Program-made: the position numbers and the translations under genes
Notes under the pieces: model-generated
Database searches by the model: none
The model's input: only the letters and a program-made list of their open reading frames with translations
Told to the model about the DNA's origin: nothing
Assembly (NCBI GenBank): GCA_023437485.1
Contig: JAEZGB010000065.1
Coordinates: 1-43,268, forward strand
Direction of reading: 5' to 3'
From: Bacteroidota bacterium
GTDB lineage: Bacteria > Bacteroidota > Bacteroidia > Flavobacteriales > Flavobacteriaceae
Length of the DNA stretch: 43,268 bases
Shown: positions 26,746 through 38,731 of the stretch, piece after piece
Numbering within the stretch: the stretch's first letter is position 1
How the letters are laid out: the number at the start of each line of letters is the position of its first letter

Positions 26746-29700
26746 CTAATTTTTAAGCCATACCCTCATCAGTGATGAGAGCTGATCCACATTCACGGGC
26801 TTGGTTATATAATCCGACGCTCCTGATTCAATGCACCGCTGGCGGTCGCCTTTCATGGCTTTCGCGGTTACTGCAATGATGGTCAAATCTTTGTGTTTCG
26901 GGTTTTTGCGGATGGTTTTCATCGTTTCATACCCGTCCATCTCCGGCATCATGATATCCATCAGCACAATGTCGAAATTTTTGTGTTTCTCCAAAAGGTT
27001 GATGGCCTCCTGGCCGCTTTCGGCGCTGATAACATTGAGGCCGAACCGCTCAAGGGCCGTTGTGAGTGCAAATAGGTTCCGAACGTCGTCATCCACCAAC
27101 AGTACATTTTTGCCTGACAGCACATCTTCACGCATGTAGTAGTTCTCGATGCGTTCGCGCATTTCCTCGGGCAATTCCTTGTGTACCCGGTGCAGGAACA
27201 GCGCGGCCTGATCTACGAGTTGGTCAAGTGAACTGGCACTTTTGGTGATGATGCGGTTGGCGTAACGATTGAGCCTGTTGCGTTGTTTTCGGTTCACGTC
27301 CCGCGCCGAATGGATGATGAGCGCCGTATCCTGTCCCGTGAGGTTGTTTTCAAGATCGGTAATAATATCAAGCCCGTCGGCGTCAGGAAGCACTAGGTCA
27401 AGGATGATACAATCAAAGGATTGTTGGGAAATCAATTTTACTGCTTCCCTTGCCGTGGTTGCCGTAAATACTTCGACATCGCTGCCCCGAACCGCGTCAG
27501 CTACCATATTCAGTTCGAGTTCATTGTCATCTACAACCAGCAACTTCTTGGTTTTTTTCTCGCTGAAGTTGTGGATGTCGTTAAACAGATAATCCAGGGA
27601 TTCACTTTTGATGGGTTTGACCAGAAAATTCCGCGCGCCCCGTTTAAGCCCGTTGTTTCGGTCATCTTCACCTGAAATGATATAAACCGGAATATGCCTG
27701 AAAGTGAAATCGGTTTTGAGGCGGTCCAGGATTTTCCATCCGCTCGTATCAGGCATGTTGATGTCCATCGTGATGGCGTGCGGGTTGAATTGGTTGATAA
27801 AATCCACCACATCATTCCCCCTTGTGGTCACAATCGCCTTTACGCCGTTTTCACGCGCTTTGTCGAGCATGATTTTCGCAAAGGTCAGGTTGTCTTCGGC
27901 AATCAGCAGGACCTTGTCTTCAGGTTTGATGTCGCCGCGGTCGTCGCCCACTTCATCCACAAAAAACAGGTCGATGTCCGATCCGTCAAAGTTGCTCTCA
28001 GTTGTTGACTTAAGCGTGGACCTGACCGGCGCAGGTATGTCATTCGACGCATCCGAAACCTCGCTTACCTCAATCCCGTCGGCATCCTGCGGAACAAATT
28101 TGAGAGGCAAAAACAACGTAAAGCGGCTTCCCTGGTTCACTTCTGATTCGAGTTCGATTGATCCGCCCAATAGATCCGAGAGCCCTCGGCTGATTGAAAG
28201 CCCCAGGCCTGTTCCGCCATATTTGCGCGAAGTTGATCCCTCGGCCTGCTGGAACGCCTCAAAAATGATGTTTTGCTTCTCCTTCGATATCCCGATTCCG
28301 GTGTCGCTGATCTCAAAAGCAATAACCGTTTCGGCATTGTCCAGGCTCGCGTTTCGCATCTTCCAGCTGTTGTCGGCTTTGTAGATTTTGAGCCCGACCT
28401 CGCCCTTCTCGGTAAATTTGAACGAGTTAGAGAGCAGGTTCTTTAGGATCTGGTTGAGTCGCTGGCTGTCGGTTTCAATCTGTTCCGGGAGTTGCTCGTC
28501 CATGTCGATCGTGAATTTCAGGTGTTTGGCCTCAGAGATCGGGTTGAACGTTGACTCCACGAAGCGGCTGATTTCCCTGAATGAGATCGGGCTGTAATCA
28601 ACTGAAATATAACCCGATTCAATTTTCGAAAGGTCGAGGATATCGTTGATCAGTTGGATAAGGTCATCCCCGCATGCGTTGATGGTTTTTGCGAACTGGA
28701 TCTGTTTATCGGTCAGGTTGCCGTCGCGGTTTGAGATGAGTTCGTTGGCCAAAATCTGAAGCGAGTTGAGCGGCGTCCGGAGCTCGTGCGACATATTGGC
28801 CAGGAATTCGGATTTGTATTTGGATGTGAGGGCAAGCTGGTCGGCCTTTTCCTCCAGCGCCTTACGCGCCTCCTCAACCTCCTGGTTCTTGATTTCCACC
28901 TCCGATTTCTGGTTCGCCAGCAGGATTGCCTTCTCCTCGAGTTCCTCGTTGGTCATCTTCAATACCTCCTGCTGGCTCTTGAGCTCGCTGGCAAGCGACT
29001 GCGACTGTACCAAGAGTTCCTCGGTACGCGAGTTGGATTCAATCGTGTTAAGTACGATACCAATGGATTCGGTAAGCCCTTCAAGGAAGTCCAAATGCGT
29101 TTGGCTAAAGCTGTCCAGCGACGCGAGTTCGATTACCGCCTTGAGCCTGTCTTCAAAAAGCACGGGAAGAATAATCACGTTGTGCGGCCTGGCATCGCCA
29201 AGACCTGACGAAATCCTGATGTAATCTTTTGGAACATTGGAGAGCAGCATGCGCTCCTTTTGCACTGCGACCTGCCCGATAAGGCCTTCGCCCATCGAAT
29301 ATTGCGTTGGCGCGTTCTTGCGCTTGACGTATGCGTAGGAGGCGATGAGGTTCAGTTTGGAATCCATGAATTGCTCGTCCTCCTGCAAAATATAGAAAAG
29401 CCCGTGCTGGGCGGTAACCACCGTTGCAAGTTCCGACAGGATTTTACTGGTAACCGAGTTGAGCTCTTTTTGGCCCTGAAGCATCTGCGTAAATTTCGCC
29501 AGGTTGGATTTGAGCCAATCCTGTTCCTGGTTCCGGAGCGTGGTTGCCTTGAGGTTGAAGATCATCTGGTTGATGGTATCCTTCAAGGCCTCAACCTCGC
29601 CTTTCGCCTCAACCCCGATGGTACGCGTAAGGTCACCCTGGGTTACGGCCGTTGCCACCTCCGAGATCGCACGCACCTGAGTGGTGAGGTTCGCGGCGAG

Positions 29701-32700
29701 CTGGTTTACGTTTTCGGTGAGGTTCTTCCAGGTTCCCGATGCGCCCGGCACGTTTGCCTGTCCGCCGAGTTTTCCTTCGACCCCTACCTCGCGCGCCACC
29801 GTCGTTACCTGATCGGAGAAGGTCGCGAGCGTGTCGATCATTTCGTTGATCGTATCGGTTAACTGGGCCACTTCGCCTTTTGCCTCAATTGATAATTTCT
29901 GTTTCAAGTTTCCTTTGGCTACCGACGTTACAACTTTTGCGATACCACGAACCTGTCCGGTAAGGTTGGATGCCATCAGGTTCACCGAGTCGGTGAGATC
30001 CTTCCAGGTTCCGGCGACACCCTTTACTTCGGACTGGCCGCCGAGTTTTCCTTCGGTACCAACTTCCCTCGCCACACGCGTTACCTCCGATGCGAACGAG
30101 TTGAGCTGCTCCACCATCGTGTTGATCGTGTTCTTCAGGTCGAGAATCTCGCCCTTTACATCCACCGTGATCGGTTTGGAAAGGTCGCCGTTGGCCACCG
30201 CTTTAGTTACCTCGGCAATGTTCCGCACCTGGGCTGTAAGGTTACCCGCCATCTGGTTTACCGAGTCGGTCATATCCTTCCAGGTTCCCGCAACACCCGG
30301 CACGAACGCCTGGCCCCCGAGTTTCCCTTCGGTACCAACTTCTCGCGCCACACGCGTTACCTCCGATGCGAAGGCGCGAAGCTGATCCACCATTGTGTTT
30401 ACCGTTTCCTTGAGCTGTAGGATTTCACCGCGTACGTCTGCCGTAATCTTCTTGGACATGTCGCCGTTGGCCACCGCGATGGTCACCTCGGCAATGTTAC
30501 GCACCTGGGCCGTAAGGTTACCCGCCATCTGGTTCACCGAGTCGGTCAAATCCTTCCAGGTCCCCGCGACGCCCGGCACGTTCGCCTGGCCCCCGAGTTT
30601 CCCTTCGGTACCAACTTCCCTGGCCACACGGGTTACTTCCGATGCAAATTCCCGCAGCTGGTCCACCATTGTGTTTAGCGTTTCCTTGAGCTGAAGGATC
30701 TCACCGCGAACGTCCACCGTAATTTTCCGGGACATGTCCCCGTTGGCCACCGCGATCGCCACATCAGCGATGTTACGCACCTGGGCCGTCAGGTTACCCG
30801 CCATCTGGTTCACCGAGTCGGTCAAATCCTTCCAGGTTCCCGCAACACCCGGCACGTTTGCCTGGCCGCCGAGTTTCCCTTCGGTACCTACCTCGCGCGA
30901 CACCCGCGTTACCTCCGATGCAAAGGAGCGCAACTGGTCCACCATCGTGTTGATCGTATTCTTGAGTTCGAGGATTTCCCCCTTAACGTCTACCGTAATC
31001 TGGAGCGAAAGGTCGCCCTTGGCTACCGCTGTTGTTACGTCGGCGATGTTACGCACCTGCGCCGTAAGGTTACCCGCCATCTGGTTCACCGAGTCGGTGA
31101 GATCCTTCCAGGTTCCCGCGACACCGGGCACGTTTGCCTGGCCGCCGAGTTTCCCTTCGGTACCTACCTCGCGCGCCACTCGCGTTACCTCCGATGCGAA
31201 CGAGTTGAGCTGGCCCACCATCGTGTTGATCGTGTTCTTGAGCTCGAGGATTTCCCCTTTTGTATCCACCGTGATCTGGCGCGAAAGGTCACCCTTGGCC
31301 ACCGCCGTGGTCACCTCGGCAATGTTACGCACCTGGCCGGTAAGGTTGGACGCCATCTGGTTTACCGAGTCGGTGAGATCCTTCCAGGTTCCGCCGACGC
31401 CTTTAACTTTCGCCTGTCCACCGAGCTTCCCTTCGGTACCAACCTCAAGCGCCACACGGGTTACCTCGGATGAGAACGAGTTGAGCTGATCCACCATCGT
31501 GTTGATGGTTTTCTTGAGCTCGAGGATCTCGCCCTCGGCATGCGCCGTAATTTTCTTGGAAAGGTCGCCATTGGCCACCGCGGTGGTTACCTCGGCGATG
31601 TTACGCACCTGCCCGGTAAGGTTTGATGCCATCTGGTTTACCGAATCGGTAAGATCCTTCCACGTCCCGCCGACACCTTTTACTTTTGCCTGGCCTCCCA
31701 GCTTCCCTTCGGAACCTACCTCACGCGCCACACGCGTTACCTCGGCGCCAAACGAGTTGAGCTGATCCACCATCGTATTGATCGTATTCTTGAGCTCGAG
31801 GATTTCCCCCGCAACGTTTACCGTAATTTTTTTGGACAAATCGCCTTTGGCCACCGCCGTGGTTACCTCGGCGATGTTACGCACCTGACCGGTAAGGTTG
31901 GATGCCATCTGGTTTACCGAATCGGTGAGATCCTTCCACACACCGCCAACGCCACGTACCTTCGCCTGGCCGCCGAGCTTTCCTTCGGAACCTACTTCAC
32001 GTGCCACACGTGTTACCTCGGACGAGAATGAGTTGAGCTGATCCACCATCGTATTGATCGTGTTCTTGAGCTCCAGGATTTCCCCCTTAACGTCCACCGT
32101 AATTTTTTTGGAAACTTCACCGCGCGCAACCGCCGTGGTTACATCGGCAATGTTCCGCACCTGTCCGGTGAGGTTGGAGGCCATCTGGTTTACCGAATCG
32201 GTGAGATCCTTCCACGTTCCGCCGACGCCCTTTACCTGCGCCTGCCCGCCGAGTTTCCCTTCGGTACCCACCTCACGTGCCACACGGGTTACCTCGCTCG
32301 AGAACGAGTTGAGCTGATCCACCATCGTGTTGATCGTGTTTTTGAGCTCCTGGATCTCGCCCTTTACGTCAACCGTAATTTTCTTGGAAAGGTCACCTTT
32401 GGCCACCGCTGTGGTCACATCGGCAATGTTACGCACCTGTCCGGTAAGGTTGGAGGCCATCTTGTTTACCGAATCGGTAAGATCCTTCCAAACACCGCCC
32501 ACGCCGCGAACTTTCGCCTGGCCACCGAGTTTCCCTTCGGTACCCACTTCACGTGCCACACGGGTTACCTCCATCGAAAAGAGGTTAAGCTGCTTCACCA
32601 TCCCGTTTACTTCCTTGGCGATTCGGAGGAATTCACCCTGAAGCGGGTTGCCTTCAATGGAGAGTGGCATTTCCTGCGAAAGGTTTCCTTTGGCCACCGA

Positions 32701-33129
32701 GGTGATTACGTGCGCAATCTCTACGGTTGGGTGCACAAGATCGGAAATCAGTGTGTTAACCGAATCCACGCAGGTGCTCCACGATCCGCGGGCGCCATCA
32801 AGCTGGACGCGGTTGTTGAGTTTTCCCTGTTTACCGATACTCTTGCCCACCTTCTGGAACTCGAAGACCATGCGCTCGTTGAGATCGATGATTTCGTTGA
32901 GCGTGTCGCAGATGGAGCGCTTAAGGCCGTTCTGGTCAGTTGGAAAGCGCTGCGAGAAATTCCCGTTCTTGACCTTGAGCAGGATCTTGAGGAATTCGGC
33001 GTCAGAGAGGACACCTTCGTCATTGTTGTTGTTAGATGGCTTTCGTTTGGCCTGCTTGGGTTTTTTGACGGCAGCGGCGGCAGGGGCCATAACGCCGTTG
33101 GCCGCAACGGTAGTGGCTTCTTTTTTCAT
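26746..33129 (-). CDS. Cytoplasmic poly-HAMP hybrid histidine kinase (poly-HAMP, GAF, HisKA, HATPase, 3 x REC)
   Basis: 92-aa repeats ([23 protein letters not shown]), [34 protein letters not shown], three receiver domains; no TM helix. Confidence 0.93.
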   Translation of the reverse strand: MKKEATTVAANGVMAPAAAAVKKPKQAKRKPSNNNNDEGVLSDAEFLKILLKVKNGNFSQRFPTDQNGLKRSICDTLNEIIDLNERMVFEFQKVGKSIGKQGKLNNRVQLDGARGSWSTCVDSVNTLISDLVHPTVEIAHVITSVAKGNLSQEMPLSIEGNPLQGEFLRIAKEVNGMVKQLNLFSMEVTRVAREVGTEGKLGGQAKVRGVGGVWKDLTDSVNKMASNLTGQVRNIADVTTAVAKGDLSKKITVDVKGEIQELKNTINTMVDQLNSFSSEVTRVAREVGTEGKLGGQAQVKGVGGTWKDLTDSVNQMASNLTGQVRNIADVTTAVARGEVSKKITVDVKGEILELKNTINTMVDQLNSFSSEVTRVAREVGSEGKLGGQAKVRGVGGVWKDLTDSVNQMASNLTGQVRNIAEVTTAVAKGDLSKKITVNVAGEILELKNTINTMVDQLNSFGAEVTRVAREVGSEGKLGGQAKVKGVGGTWKDLTDSVNQMASNLTGQVRNIAEVTTAVANGDLSKKITAHAEGEILELKKTINTMVDQLNSFSSEVTRVALEVGTEGKLGGQAKVKGVGGTWKDLTDSVNQMASNLTGQVRNIAEVTTAVAKGDLSRQITVDTKGEILELKNTINTMVGQLNSFASEVTRVAREVGTEGKLGGQANVPGVAGTWKDLTDSVNQMAGNLTAQVRNIADVTTAVAKGDLSLQITVDVKGEILELKNTINTMVDQLRSFASEVTRVSREVGTEGKLGGQANVPGVAGTWKDLTDSVNQMAGNLTAQVRNIADVAIAVANGDMSRKITVDVRGEILQLKETLNTMVDQLREFASEVTRVAREVGTEGKLGGQANVPGVAGTWKDLTDSVNQMAGNLTAQVRNIAEVTIAVANGDMSKKITADVRGEILQLKETVNTMVDQLRAFASEVTRVAREVGTEGKLGGQAFVPGVAGTWKDMTDSVNQMAGNLTAQVRNIAEVTKAVANGDLSKPITVDVKGEILDLKNTINTMVEQLNSFASEVTRVAREVGTEGKLGGQSEVKGVAGTWKDLTDSVNLMASNLTGQVRGIAKVVTSVAKGNLKQKLSIEAKGEVAQLTDTINEMIDTLATFSDQVTTVAREVGVEGKLGGQANVPGASGTWKNLTENVNQLAANLTTQVRAISEVATAVTQGDLTRTIGVEAKGEVEALKDTINQMIFNLKATTLRNQEQDWLKSNLAKFTQMLQGQKELNSVTSKILSELATVVTAQHGLFYILQEDEQFMDSKLNLIASYAYVKRKNAPTQYSMGEGLIGQVAVQKERMLLSNVPKDYIRISSGLGDARPHNVIILPVLFEDRLKAVIELASLDSFSQTHLDFLEGLTESIGIVLNTIESNSRTEELLVQSQSLASELKSQQEVLKMTNEELEEKAILLANQKSEVEIKNQEVEEARKALEEKADQLALTSKYKSEFLANMSHELRTPLNSLQILANELISNRDGNLTDKQIQFAKTINACGDDLIQLINDILDLSKIESGYISVDYSPISFREISRFVESTFNPISEAKHLKFTIDMDEQLPEQIETDSQRLNQILKNLLSNSFKFTEKGEVGLKIYKADNSWKMRNASLDNAETVIAFEISDTGIGISKEKQNIIFEAFQQAEGSTSRKYGGTGLGLSISRGLSDLLGGSIELESEVNQGSRFTLFLPLKFVPQDADGIEVSEVSDASNDIPAPVRSTLKSTTESNFDGSDIDLFFVDEVGDDRGDIKPEDKVLLIAEDNLTFAKIMLDKARENGVKAIVTTRGNDVVDFINQFNPHAITMDINMPDTSGWKILDRLKTDFTFRHIPVYIISGEDDRNNGLKRGARNFLVKPIKSESLDYLFNDIHNFSEKKTKKLLVVDDNELELNMVADAVRGSDVEVFTATTAREAVKLISQQSFDCIILDLVLPDADGLDIITDLENNLTGQDTALIIHSARDVNRKQRNRLNRYANRIITKSASSLDQLVDQAALFLHRVHKELPEEMRERIENYYMREDVLSGKNVLLVDDDVRNLFALTTALERFGLNVISAESGQEAINLLEKHKNFDIVLMDIMMPEMDGYETMKTIRKNPKHKDLTIIAVTAKAMKGDRQRCIESGASDYITKPVNVDQLSSLMRVWLKN
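29600..32900 (-). repeat. Tandem 276-bp coding repeat (11 well-conserved units plus 1 degenerate); boundaries approximate
   Basis: WKD(L/M)TDSVN-coding segment recurs at 276-nt intervals from about 32483 to 29723. Confidence 0.9.
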
Positions 33130-33268
33130 ATATAGAATGGCGAATCATCCCGAAACCCGGGTGGTTAATTTTGGCAATGCGGGTTGTAGGGGTTCCCGGC
33201 AACGGCCATCGCTAATTTAGGAAAAATCGTTAGGCAAACTCAAATGAAATTCCAGAATTCAAAATACG

Positions 33269-33688
33269 TTATTCGGCGTCGTCGGCAAGAATCTTCCTCA
33301 GGTGGAATTGCACAAAGGCCTCCATTGAATCTGGCCGCTTTGTATTATCGTTATAATTGAGCGGTTTGATGATGTAACCTGAGATGCCGAGGGATTCGGT
33401 CATTGTCCTGTCGGCCATTTCGGCCGAAGTGGTCATGATGAACACGCGCAGGTGTTTGAGTTTTACGTCATTGCGGAGCACTTTAAGAAATTCGATCCCG
33501 TTCATTTTGGGCATGTTCAAATCCAACAGGATTACATCGGGCACATTTTCCTTTAAAATTTGCAGTGCTTCGATTCCGTTGTAGGCCGTAAGGAGTTCAT
33601 AGTCGCTGCCAAATTGCTTGAGAGTCCGCCCAACGCTGATCACATCGAGCTCATCGTCTTCAACCAGGAGGATCTTGTGTTTTTTCAT
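33269..33688 (-). CDS. Single-domain response regulator (Rcp1-like)
   Basis: LLVEDD, LLDLNMPKMNG, MTTS, YIIKP; ATG 33688 overlaps upstream stop (ATGA). Confidence 0.9.
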   Translation of the reverse strand: MKKHKILLVEDDELDVISVGRTLKQFGSDYELLTAYNGIEALQILKENVPDVILLDLNMPKMNGIEFLKVLRNDVKLKHLRVFIMTTSAEMADRTMTESLGISGYIIKPLNYNDNTKRPDSMEAFVQFHLRKILADDAE

Positions 33689-35151
33689 ATCGTTGTTTTT
33701 TTCCATGTGAAAGTGAATTCGGCACCTTTTCCTGCCGATGATTTTAGCGTGATCCGGCCGCGCTCCTCCTCGATGATCTTGCGAACGATCGCCAAACCGA
33801 TGCCCGTGCTTTCCTTCTCGTTTTTCTCGCGCAGTGTCTGGAAGATCTCAAATATCTTGTCGTGGAATTCCGGGTCAATACCGATACCGTTGTCGATGAC
33901 CGAAAATTCATAAAAATTTGAATATTCCCTGCACGCGATCTTGATTAACGGATTGTCTCCCGGGGTGTATTTGACCGCATTTGAAATCAGGTTGGAGAAC
34001 ACCTGCTCCAGTTTTAGCCGCTGGGTCACGATCACGGGCATCTGATCAATTTCAAGTTTGAAATGCCTGGGGACGATAGAGTCGGCAATATCGTGGATCA
34101 AGTTGTTCAGGTCAACGGTTTCGGCCTGGGTTTCCTGGCTGATGCGGGCATAATCCAGCAAACCGTTGATCAGGTTTTCCATTCGCTTGGTGCGCTCGGG
34201 AATGATGTCCAGGTAACGGCGCATTTCGGGCGAAATTTCGTGGCCCAAATCTTCCTCGATCCACTTGATCACATTGTGGATACCGCGCACCGGCGCCTTG
34301 AGGTCATGTGAAACCACGTAGGCAAATTTATTGAGTTCGGCGTTGCGGTTTTCCAGGTCATGGATATTCTTGCTGAGTTTTTCGCTCATGATATTAAGCG
34401 ATTTGCTCAGCCCGGTAAGCTCGTCATTGCGCGTATCATTGACCACGTTGAACTTTCCGCGCGAGATGTTCTCGGCCAGGCGCACCATTGTGGCGATCCG
34501 TCTCGAAATAAAGGTCACAATATAGTAGGCACTCAGGATCCCGACGAAAACCGTCGAACTTAAAAAAAGAAGTGAATAAGTCCGGGTGCGGTTAATTGAT
34601 GCGATAAGTGTTGATCCGTGCTCGTTACGTAATTTGTATTCATTTCGGTCAAACTCCATAAATAGCTGGGTGATGTCATCGTTGAGTTTTTTCCCCACCT
34701 GTTTTTTAAACCGGCTTTCAAAGATACGCTCGTAGGCCTGCTGTGATCCTTCTGACCGGCTGTAATCCTTGCGCAATTTGATCAGTGTGCCTGAATAGTC
34801 CAGCCATTGGCGGTGTAGCGCGGCAATCGAATCAATGATGTGGTTCTGATCGCGGTTGCCCCTGATAAGGTCGCGCTGAAGGTTCATAAACGCCGGAACA
34901 TTAGTTAGCCCGAGGTCATAGGATTCGAGAAAACTTTCATCGTCAGTAAGCAAAAAGCCCCTAAAGGCGCTCTGCATATCAATCATTGCCTTGTGCGATT
35001 TGTTGGAATTTCGGATGATCGCCTCAGAATGTGTCAGGAAGCGGATGTTTTCCTGCACCTTTTGCGAAAGCATGTAATTGGTGTAGGCTTCGCCGATTGA
35101 AAGCAAAATGATAACGGCAAACGCGATGAGGATCCTGGCGGATAATTTCAT
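33685..35151 (-). CDS. Membrane sensor histidine kinase (CHASE3-HAMP-HisKA-HATPase)
   Basis: Two TM helices, RGFLLT..FL..Y CHASE3 motif, DEL HAMP, SHDLKAP, DNGIG, STGIGL. Confidence 0.9.
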   Translation of the reverse strand: MKLSARILIAFAVIILLSIGEAYTNYMLSQKVQENIRFLTHSEAIIRNSNKSHKAMIDMQSAFRGFLLTDDESFLESYDLGLTNVPAFMNLQRDLIRGNRDQNHIIDSIAALHRQWLDYSGTLIKLRKDYSRSEGSQQAYERIFESRFKKQVGKKLNDDITQLFMEFDRNEYKLRNEHGSTLIASINRTRTYSLLFLSSTVFVGILSAYYIVTFISRRIATMVRLAENISRGKFNVVNDTRNDELTGLSKSLNIMSEKLSKNIHDLENRNAELNKFAYVVSHDLKAPVRGIHNVIKWIEEDLGHEISPEMRRYLDIIPERTKRMENLINGLLDYARISQETQAETVDLNNLIHDIADSIVPRHFKLEIDQMPVIVTQRLKLEQVFSNLISNAVKYTPGDNPLIKIACREYSNFYEFSVIDNGIGIDPEFHDKIFEIFQTLREKNEKESTGIGLAIVRKIIEEERGRITLKSSAGKGAEFTFTWKKTTI

Positions 35152-35472
35152 GTCAATTTTGGTGAATATTTCCGGGAACCCGGGTAGGGATGCTAAAAGT
35201 AAACAAAAAATGCCACGGCAAAAAATCAGGAGCGACGCTACTTTTTAACAATTGCGGCAGGAAAACCGGAAACACACCACGAATGCCCTGTTTAATTTAG
35301 CTCAAAATCAAACGCGGTAATTGTGAGGCTTACCCCCTTGAATGTTGGCAAGTGCCCCCGCTTTTTCTGCAAGGCCCGGAATCGCGGCGTAGAGACGGCC
35401 AAAAAAAACAGCCATACGAAGATCCTGGAAAGACACGTACGGCTGAATTAATCAATTAATTATTACTAAATT

Positions 35473-35892
35473 ATGAAAAATTTTATTTTTGGCCTGTTGG
35501 CCGTGTTGTTATTTTCAATGAGTGGGTTTGCGCAAACCAAAACCTCCGCTCCCAAAGAAGAACGAATTTACATTAAATTCGGACGAGTGTCAAAAGACTG
35601 CGGTGGAATTGGAATTTGCGAATTTACTTTTCAGGTAGAGGTGGAAGATATCATCAATATAATCACCGCATTCTTTGACAGAAATGGAAATTTACAAATT
35701 AAAATTCCTGCGCATGTTTACGAAACCAACAAATCTAAATTTGCAAACAACAGTTTGTCAATTGAAGAAGACTATGTTGTGCCTTTAGCTGAAACATCCA
35801 AAATGGGACGCTCATCAAGTTTCACTATTAAAACCGGGAAATACCCGCTTGTCTTCAATTCGTCCACCAATACGTATAATTGTACCTTTTAA
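35473..35892 (+). CDS. Hypothetical secreted protein
   Basis: Signal peptide (..GFAQ), CGGIGIC motif, AT-rich leader. Confidence 0.75.
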   Translation: MKNFIFGLLAVLLFSMSGFAQTKTSAPKEERIYIKFGRVSKDCGGIGICEFTFQVEVEDIINIITAFFDRNGNLQIKIPAHVYETNKSKFANNSLSIEEDYVVPLAETSKMGRSSSFTIKTGKYPLVFNSSTNTYNCTF

Positions 35893-35915
35893 ATTGTACT
35901 AAAAAAAGCAATAAA

Positions 35916-36509
35916 ATGAAAAGACTATTCTTGTTGTTAATCATTGCCTTCGGTTCTTGCCAATCAGTGCTCAAAACCGCTTATGGCATCAAGGACCCGA
36001 AAATTGAATCCAAGAAAGAAATTCAGTCGTTTGTCCTTAAACACAATCTTGACACAACACGAATAGTCTTTTTTAAAAACCTGATGGGGTTTACACTGGC
36101 TTCCAAAAATAAGTATCTCAATATTCCGGATGCGATATTCTTCAATTCAAAAGGAGATTTTGTGGATTACAAGAAAACGGCTTCCGACTGCAATGCCGGC
36201 GTGGGTGCTTTCCTGACAGACCTTCGGGAATTTGAAAACCGCGTTCCAAACCCCGACAAAAAACTTTCGGATTTCAATCAGTTGCTTGCCAGCGATTCAT
36301 CATCGGCAAAGCAGGGCATCATAGTGTACATTACCTTTGCCAAATACGTCGGCAAACTCAACAGGGATAAAGCCTTCGAATGGGTAAAATTGATTGAAAA
36401 GGCCCAAAAGGACGGCCTCGACATTGATTATTACCTCCTGAATTGCGACTTCCTGGACTCGTGGAATATTCCGCCCAAGTTGCATGAGACGCTTGGCATC
36501 AAATCCTGA
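35916..36509 (+). CDS. Hypothetical lipoprotein
   Basis: MKRLFLLLIIAFGSC lipobox; ATG 35916 preferred to TTG 35880. Confidence 0.75.
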   Translation: MKRLFLLLIIAFGSCQSVLKTAYGIKDPKIESKKEIQSFVLKHNLDTTRIVFFKNLMGFTLASKNKYLNIPDAIFFNSKGDFVDYKKTASDCNAGVGAFLTDLREFENRVPNPDKKLSDFNQLLASDSSSAKQGIIVYITFAKYVGKLNRDKAFEWVKLIEKAQKDGLDIDYYLLNCDFLDSWNIPPKLHETLGIKS

Positions 36510-36589
36510 CTGTAACAATAATGGCCGAAGCGCTACAAAGTAAGACCCAATGCGTTAATTTCGTGGGGTCAACACTTAATTTCAGCTAC

Positions 36590-38632
36590 ATGGCCAACTT
36601 TCCTTTCAAATTCGCTCTTCCTGTCCTGAGCGCCGCGGCTTTGCTTGTATCGTGCAAAAACACTGAGCCGGGCGAAAATGATCTCAAATCCGGTATAGAA
36701 CTCGCCAATATGGACACGCTGGCAAAACCCGGCGACAATTTCACCGCTTACGTAAACGGCGCGTGGATGAAAAAAACTGCGATTCCCGCAGATAAATCCG
36801 GGTACGGGGTCTGGGACGTGATTAACGACAAAGCCGAGGAGGATGTGAAAAACATCATTGAAGAAGCATCAAAAGGCAATCATAAAGCCGGTTCCAACGA
36901 GCAGAAAATTGGTGATATGTATGCTTCCTATATGGATTGGCAGACCCGTAACAAAAAAGGATTGCAGCCGCTTGAACCCGAGCTGGCGAAAATCGACGCC
37001 CTAAAAAATCACGCTGATCTTGCGGCCTACTTTGGACACGCCAATAAATTGGGCATTCGGATCCCATTTTCAGTAGGGGTGATTGAAGATTTCAAAGATC
37101 CAACAAAATATATGCTCTATACCTGGCAAGGCGGGCTGGGCCTTCCCGAGCGCGAGTACTACTTGCTGACCGATTCAAAATCAAAAGCGATCCGGGACAA
37201 GTATGTTTCTCACATTGAAACTATGCTGACGATGGCCAATATCCCGGAGGCTGCCAAAAAAGCTTCTGCAATTATGGACCTTGAAACCAGGATTGCGCGC
37301 GGCCATATGAAAAAGGAGGACACGCGAAATATCGTTGGGTTGTACAATAAATTCGCGGTTGCGGACCTCGGCAAACTTGCGCCCGATTTTGATTTTTCGG
37401 CGATGTTTGAAAACGCATCGATCCCTGCGCAGGACAGCATTGTGGTCACCCAGGTGCAATATACCAGGGCCCTGAACTCGATTGTCAGGGATACCCCAAT
37501 CGAGACCTGGAAGGCATACCTCAAATGGAGCAATCTCAACTCTGCCGCGGGCGCACTAACGCAGGAAATGGACCGCCAGGACTTTGAGTTTTACGGCAAA
37601 ACGCTCAATGGAACACCCGAACAGCAACCCATGTGGAAGCGGGCGGTGAACTCGGTCAATGCCACTCTTGGAGAAGTCATTGGCGAAGTGTATGTTAAAA
37701 AGCACTTCAGGCCCGAGGCCAAGAAAAGGATGGAAGAACTGGTGCAAAACCTTCTCAAAGCCTATGAACAAAGCATCAGCGAATTGGACTGGATGACGCC
37801 CCAGACCAAAAAGGAGGCGCTCAAAAAACTGAGCAAATTCACCCCGAAAATTGGATATCCTGACAAATGGCGCGATTACTCCGCGCTCAAAATTGAGAAA
37901 GGCGAACTCTTTGCCAACCTGCAGCGCGCACAATTGTTTGAATACAACCGTCAAATCAGCAAATTGGGCAAACCTGTTGACCGCACCGAATGGGGCATGA
38001 CACCGCAAACGGTGAATGCCTACTACAATCCAACGCTGAATGAAATCGTTTTCCCGGCGGCGATCCTTCAACCCCCTTTCTTTGACATGGAAGCTGACGA
38101 TGCTGTGAACTACGGCGGAATCGGCGCGGTGATCGGACATGAAATTGGACATGGTTTTGATGACCAGGGAAGCGCCTTTGATGGCGACGGCGTGATGCGC
38201 AATTGGTGGACCCCGCAGGATCAGTCTGCATTTAAGCAACGAACCCAGGCGTTGGTTTCGCAATACAATGAATTTGAGGTGTTGCCGGACCTGAAGGTCA
38301 ACGGCGAATTTACTCTGGGTGAAAACATCGGCGACCTTGGCGGGCTTTCGATAGCGCTCAAAGCCTATAAAATGAGCCTAAAGGGCAAGCCTGCGCCTGT
38401 GCTGGACGGATTCACCGGGCAACAACGCGTGTTCATTGGATGGGCTCAGGTGTGGATGCAAAAAGACCGCGAAGAGGCCCTTAGGAACCAGGTTGCTTCC
38501 GATCCGCATTCACCGGCCAGGTTCCGGGTTAACGGAATTGTCAGGAACCTACCCGAGTTTTATTCGGCTTTTAATGTCAAACCCGGAGACTCACTTTACC
38601 TGGCGCCCGAGAAACGCGTCAGGATCTGGTAA
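36590..38632 (+). CDS. M13 family (neprilysin/PepO-like) zinc metallopeptidase, lipoprotein
   Basis: LLVSC lipobox, VNAYY, HEIGH, ENIGD, DPHSP; start moved to ATG 36590. Confidence 0.95.
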   Translation: MANFPFKFALPVLSAAALLVSCKNTEPGENDLKSGIELANMDTLAKPGDNFTAYVNGAWMKKTAIPADKSGYGVWDVINDKAEEDVKNIIEEASKGNHKAGSNEQKIGDMYASYMDWQTRNKKGLQPLEPELAKIDALKNHADLAAYFGHANKLGIRIPFSVGVIEDFKDPTKYMLYTWQGGLGLPEREYYLLTDSKSKAIRDKYVSHIETMLTMANIPEAAKKASAIMDLETRIARGHMKKEDTRNIVGLYNKFAVADLGKLAPDFDFSAMFENASIPAQDSIVVTQVQYTRALNSIVRDTPIETWKAYLKWSNLNSAAGALTQEMDRQDFEFYGKTLNGTPEQQPMWKRAVNSVNATLGEVIGEVYVKKHFRPEAKKRMEELVQNLLKAYEQSISELDWMTPQTKKEALKKLSKFTPKIGYPDKWRDYSALKIEKGELFANLQRAQLFEYNRQISKLGKPVDRTEWGMTPQTVNAYYNPTLNEIVFPAAILQPPFFDMEADDAVNYGGIGAVIGHEIGHGFDDQGSAFDGDGVMRNWWTPQDQSAFKQRTQALVSQYNEFEVLPDLKVNGEFTLGENIGDLGGLSIALKAYKMSLKGKPAPVLDGFTGQQRVFIGWAQVWMQKDREEALRNQVASDPHSPARFRVNGIVRNLPEFYSAFNVKPGDSLYLAPEKRVRIW

Positions 38633-38638
38633 AATGTC

Positions 38639-38666
38639 AAACCCGCTGAATCGCGGGTTTTTTTTT
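38639..38666 (+). terminator. Intrinsic terminator
   Basis: AAACCCGC-TGAATC-GCGGGTTT followed by T run. Confidence 0.85.
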
Positions 38667-38731
38667 GGCCAAACCAATCTAAAAATAACGGTAACACTAC
38701 CGATTTTTATTTAAATTAGGCTAAAAATAAA

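Noticed and set aside
29600..32900. Regular repeats as a possible CRISPR array or mobile element
   Set aside because: Period 276 nt, in frame, with mostly synonymous variation; no unique spacers, cas or transposase genes
29260..33220. Long plus-strand ORFs with repeated MSPLATA...[10 protein letters not shown] text
   Set aside because: Antisense shadows of the poly-HAMP coding repeat
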